From the NCBI RefSeq assembly GCF_041685615.1, contig NZ_JAWLFK010000001.1, positions 17,766 through 81,765 on the forward strand: a DNA stretch of 64,000 bases, read 5' to 3'. The stretch comes from Thioalkalivibrio sp. GTDB lineage: Bacteria; Pseudomonadota; Gammaproteobacteria; Ectothiorhodospirales; Ectothiorhodospiraceae. The translations under genes were made by a program, and so were the position numbers. A model generated the notes under the pieces. That model saw nothing but the letters and a program-made list of their open reading frames with translations, was not told the origin of the DNA and did not search any database. Shown here one piece after another: positions 62,353 through 64,000 of the stretch (position 1 is its first letter; each line of letters starts with the position of its first letter).

Positions 62353-62832
62353 TCAGGCGCCGGCCGGGGCGGCGCAACGACGCGTGAGCACCCAGGCGTC
62401 CTCGCGCCCGCTGGGGAGCGGGTAATAACACGGCCGCGTCCCGATGTGCTCGAAGCCCTCGGAACGGTAGAGCTGGACCGCGGCCACGTTGGACGGCCGC
62501 ACCTCGAGGAAGAGCGCCTCGGCATCCTGATCGCAGACATAATCGAACAGGCGCCGGACCAAGAACCGGCCAAGGCCGTTTCCCTGCCAGCGGGGGTCGA
62601 CCGTCAGGTTCAGCAGGTGGGCCTCGCCGGCCGCGACGGTCAGCACACTGTGGCCTACCTGGCGCCCGTCCACCTCCAGGACCCAGCAGTCATAGCCCAC
62701 CCGGATGCAGTCCGCGAAGATGCGGGCGGTCCACGGGTAATCATAAGCCTCGCGCTCCACGCGCATCACGCCCTCCACATCGGCCGGCTCCATGCGGCGC
62801 AACTCGGGCTGGACACGGGGTTCGGCACTCAT
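62353..62832 (-). CDS. rimI: Ribosomal protein S18 alanine N-acetyltransferase
   Basis: EAHLLNLTVDP, QGNGLG, LEVRPSN and YYPLPSGREDA motifs. Confidence 0.95.
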   Translation of the reverse strand: MSAEPRVQPELRRMEPADVEGVMRVEREAYDYPWTARIFADCIRVGYDCWVLEVDGRQVGHSVLTVAAGEAHLLNLTVDPRWQGNGLGRFLVRRLFDYVCDQDAEALFLEVRPSNVAAVQLYRSEGFEHIGTRPCYYPLPSGREDAWVLTRRCAAPAGA

Positions 62833-62940
62833 GACTCGAGCTTCTCCGGCAACAGTGAAAAAAACAGGACGCAGTGTTGTCTCGTGGAGTCGGAACCCGG
62901 CGATCCCGCCCAGGTTCCCATTTCCTCACTTTTAGTTGTG

Positions 62941-63666
62941 TTATGTCAGACAGGCCCGGGCGCGCTGCAGGTCCTGCCAGGCACGCGCCTTGTCGCCCGG
63001 CTTTCGCAGCAGGTAGGCCGGGTGGTAGGTCACGATCAGCGGCACCCCCTGGTAGTGATGCTCCGCCCCTCGAAGGCGCCCCAGGGGCTCTTCCGATTCC
63101 AGCAGACTCTGGGCCGCGATTCGCCCCAGGGCAACGATCACCTCAGGCTGGATCAATGCGATCTGGCGGTCGAGATATTCGCGGCACGCCGCCGACTCCT
63201 CCGGTTTCGGATCGCGGTTCCCGGGCGGGCGGCACTTCAGCACGTTGGCGATGAAGACGTCGTGATGGCGGTCCAGGCCCAGCGCCATCAGCATGTTGTC
63301 CAGCAATTGTCCCGCCCGGCCGACGAAGGGCTCGCCGCGTCGGTCCTCCTCCGCGCCCGGGGCCTCGCCGATGAACAGCCAGCGGGCACGGCGGTCGCCC
63401 ACCCCGAACACGGTCTGCGTGCGGTCACGGGCCAGTACGGTACAGGCCTGGCAGTCGCGTACGCGCGCCTCCAGGGCCTCCCAGTCCAGGATCTCGACGG
63501 CCGCGTCCTGTGCCACGGTACCGAACTCCGGTGCAGCGGCCGGACTGCCGAACGCCGGCACTTCCCCACCAGACGACGCGATCCCCGCGGCGGACGTGTC
63601 GCGCAAGCGCCAGATCGGGATGCCCATGTCCGCGAGAATGCGGCGCTGGCGCACCGACAGCAACAC
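62941..63666 (-). CDS. Family-4 uracil-DNA glycosylase with N-terminal HolD(psi)-like motif
   Basis: CQAC, GEAPG, PFVGRAG, NVLKCRPPGNRDP, C and YHPAYLLR motifs; N-terminus RQRRILADMGIPIWRLR. Confidence 0.93.
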   Translation of the reverse strand: MLLSVRQRRILADMGIPIWRLRDTSAAGIASSGGEVPAFGSPAAAPEFGTVAQDAAVEILDWEALEARVRDCQACTVLARDRTQTVFGVGDRRARWLFIGEAPGAEEDRRGEPFVGRAGQLLDNMLMALGLDRHHDVFIANVLKCRPPGNRDPKPEESAACREYLDRQIALIQPEVIVALGRIAAQSLLESEEPLGRLRGAEHHYQGVPLIVTYHPAYLLRKPGDKARAWQDLQRARACLT

Positions 63667-63670
63667 GTGG

Positions 63671-64000
63671 CTATTCCCCCGACGAGGGCGCCCGGCGCCG
63701 ATGCCGGCGCCAGCGCTCCAGGGTCAGCAGCGGTCCCGACAGGGCATAGATCACGAAGCCCGCCAGCAGGACCTTCGGCGGGTCCAGAGCCAGCAGCATC
63801 AAGGCGACCACGACCCCGACGATCGCCAGGAACGGTACCCGGTGTTTGAAGTCCATGTCCTTGAAACTGAAGTAGGTCAGGTTGCTGACCATCGCCGCGC
63901 CCGAGAGCACGGTGATCGCCAGGATGCCGACCACATAGGGATCGGCCAGCTCCGACGGGATACCCCAATCCTCCAGCACCCAGACCATGCCCACCAGGAT
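63671..64000 (-). CDS. pssA: CDP-diacylglycerol--serine O-phosphatidyltransferase, 3' part
   Basis: C-terminal LMVS-like AMVSNLTYFSFKD and YALSGP pattern; runs off the window. Confidence 0.85.
   Translation of the reverse strand: MLVGMVWVLEDWGIPSELADPYVVGILAITVLSGAAMVSNLTYFSFKDMDFKHRVPFLAIVGVVVALMLLALDPPKVLLAGFVIYALSGPLLTLERWRRHRRRAPSSGE

Noticed and set aside
59347-63849. 1500-aa plus-strand ORF, and other long ORFs such as 15604-18123, 5521-7548 and 30960-32672
   Set aside because: They are antisense shadows of well-supported genes (prfC, Sel1, rimI, LysR, tldD, ppiD), as expected in GC-rich DNA, and have no domain motifs.

Overview
GC-rich gammaproteobacterial chromosome segment with very acidic proteins, most consistent with a haloalkaliphilic Ectothiorhodospiraceae member such as Thioalkalivibrio (inference). 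It is mostly core genome: an lpdA-like 3' end, cspA, a long minus-strand run (CysL-like LysR, GATase-like gene, small helical protein, PerM, rng, yhdP, nitrilase, tldD, hypothetical, pmbA, M48 peptidase), a decayed membrane GGDEF-EAL pseudogene, rpmB-rpmG, EAL-HDOD, a Hyg5/FkbO-like chorismatase, mutM, an atypical peptide ABC transporter, fabI, ppiD, tRNA-Asp/Val, hupB-lon-clpX-clpP-tig, tRNA-Leu/Lys, YeeE, queC/queE, tol-pal, ruvB, prmB, psd, DUF3581, recQ, cytochrome c, a GGDEF protein, an Atm1-like ABC transporter, arfB, prfC, a Sel1 protein, rimI, a family-4 UDG and partial pssA. No integrase, transposase or CRISPR array is seen. The three best leads are: (1) an apparently intact family-4 uracil-DNA glycosylase that carries a DNA polymerase III psi (HolD)-like N-terminal clamp-loader motif and sits at the holD position upstream of rimI; (2) a dispersed family of intergenic inverted-repeat elements whose arms are built from 8-9 bp periodic units; (3) a catalytically degenerate class I glutamine amidotransferase translationally coupled to an unknown protein behind a CysL/YeiE-like regulator.
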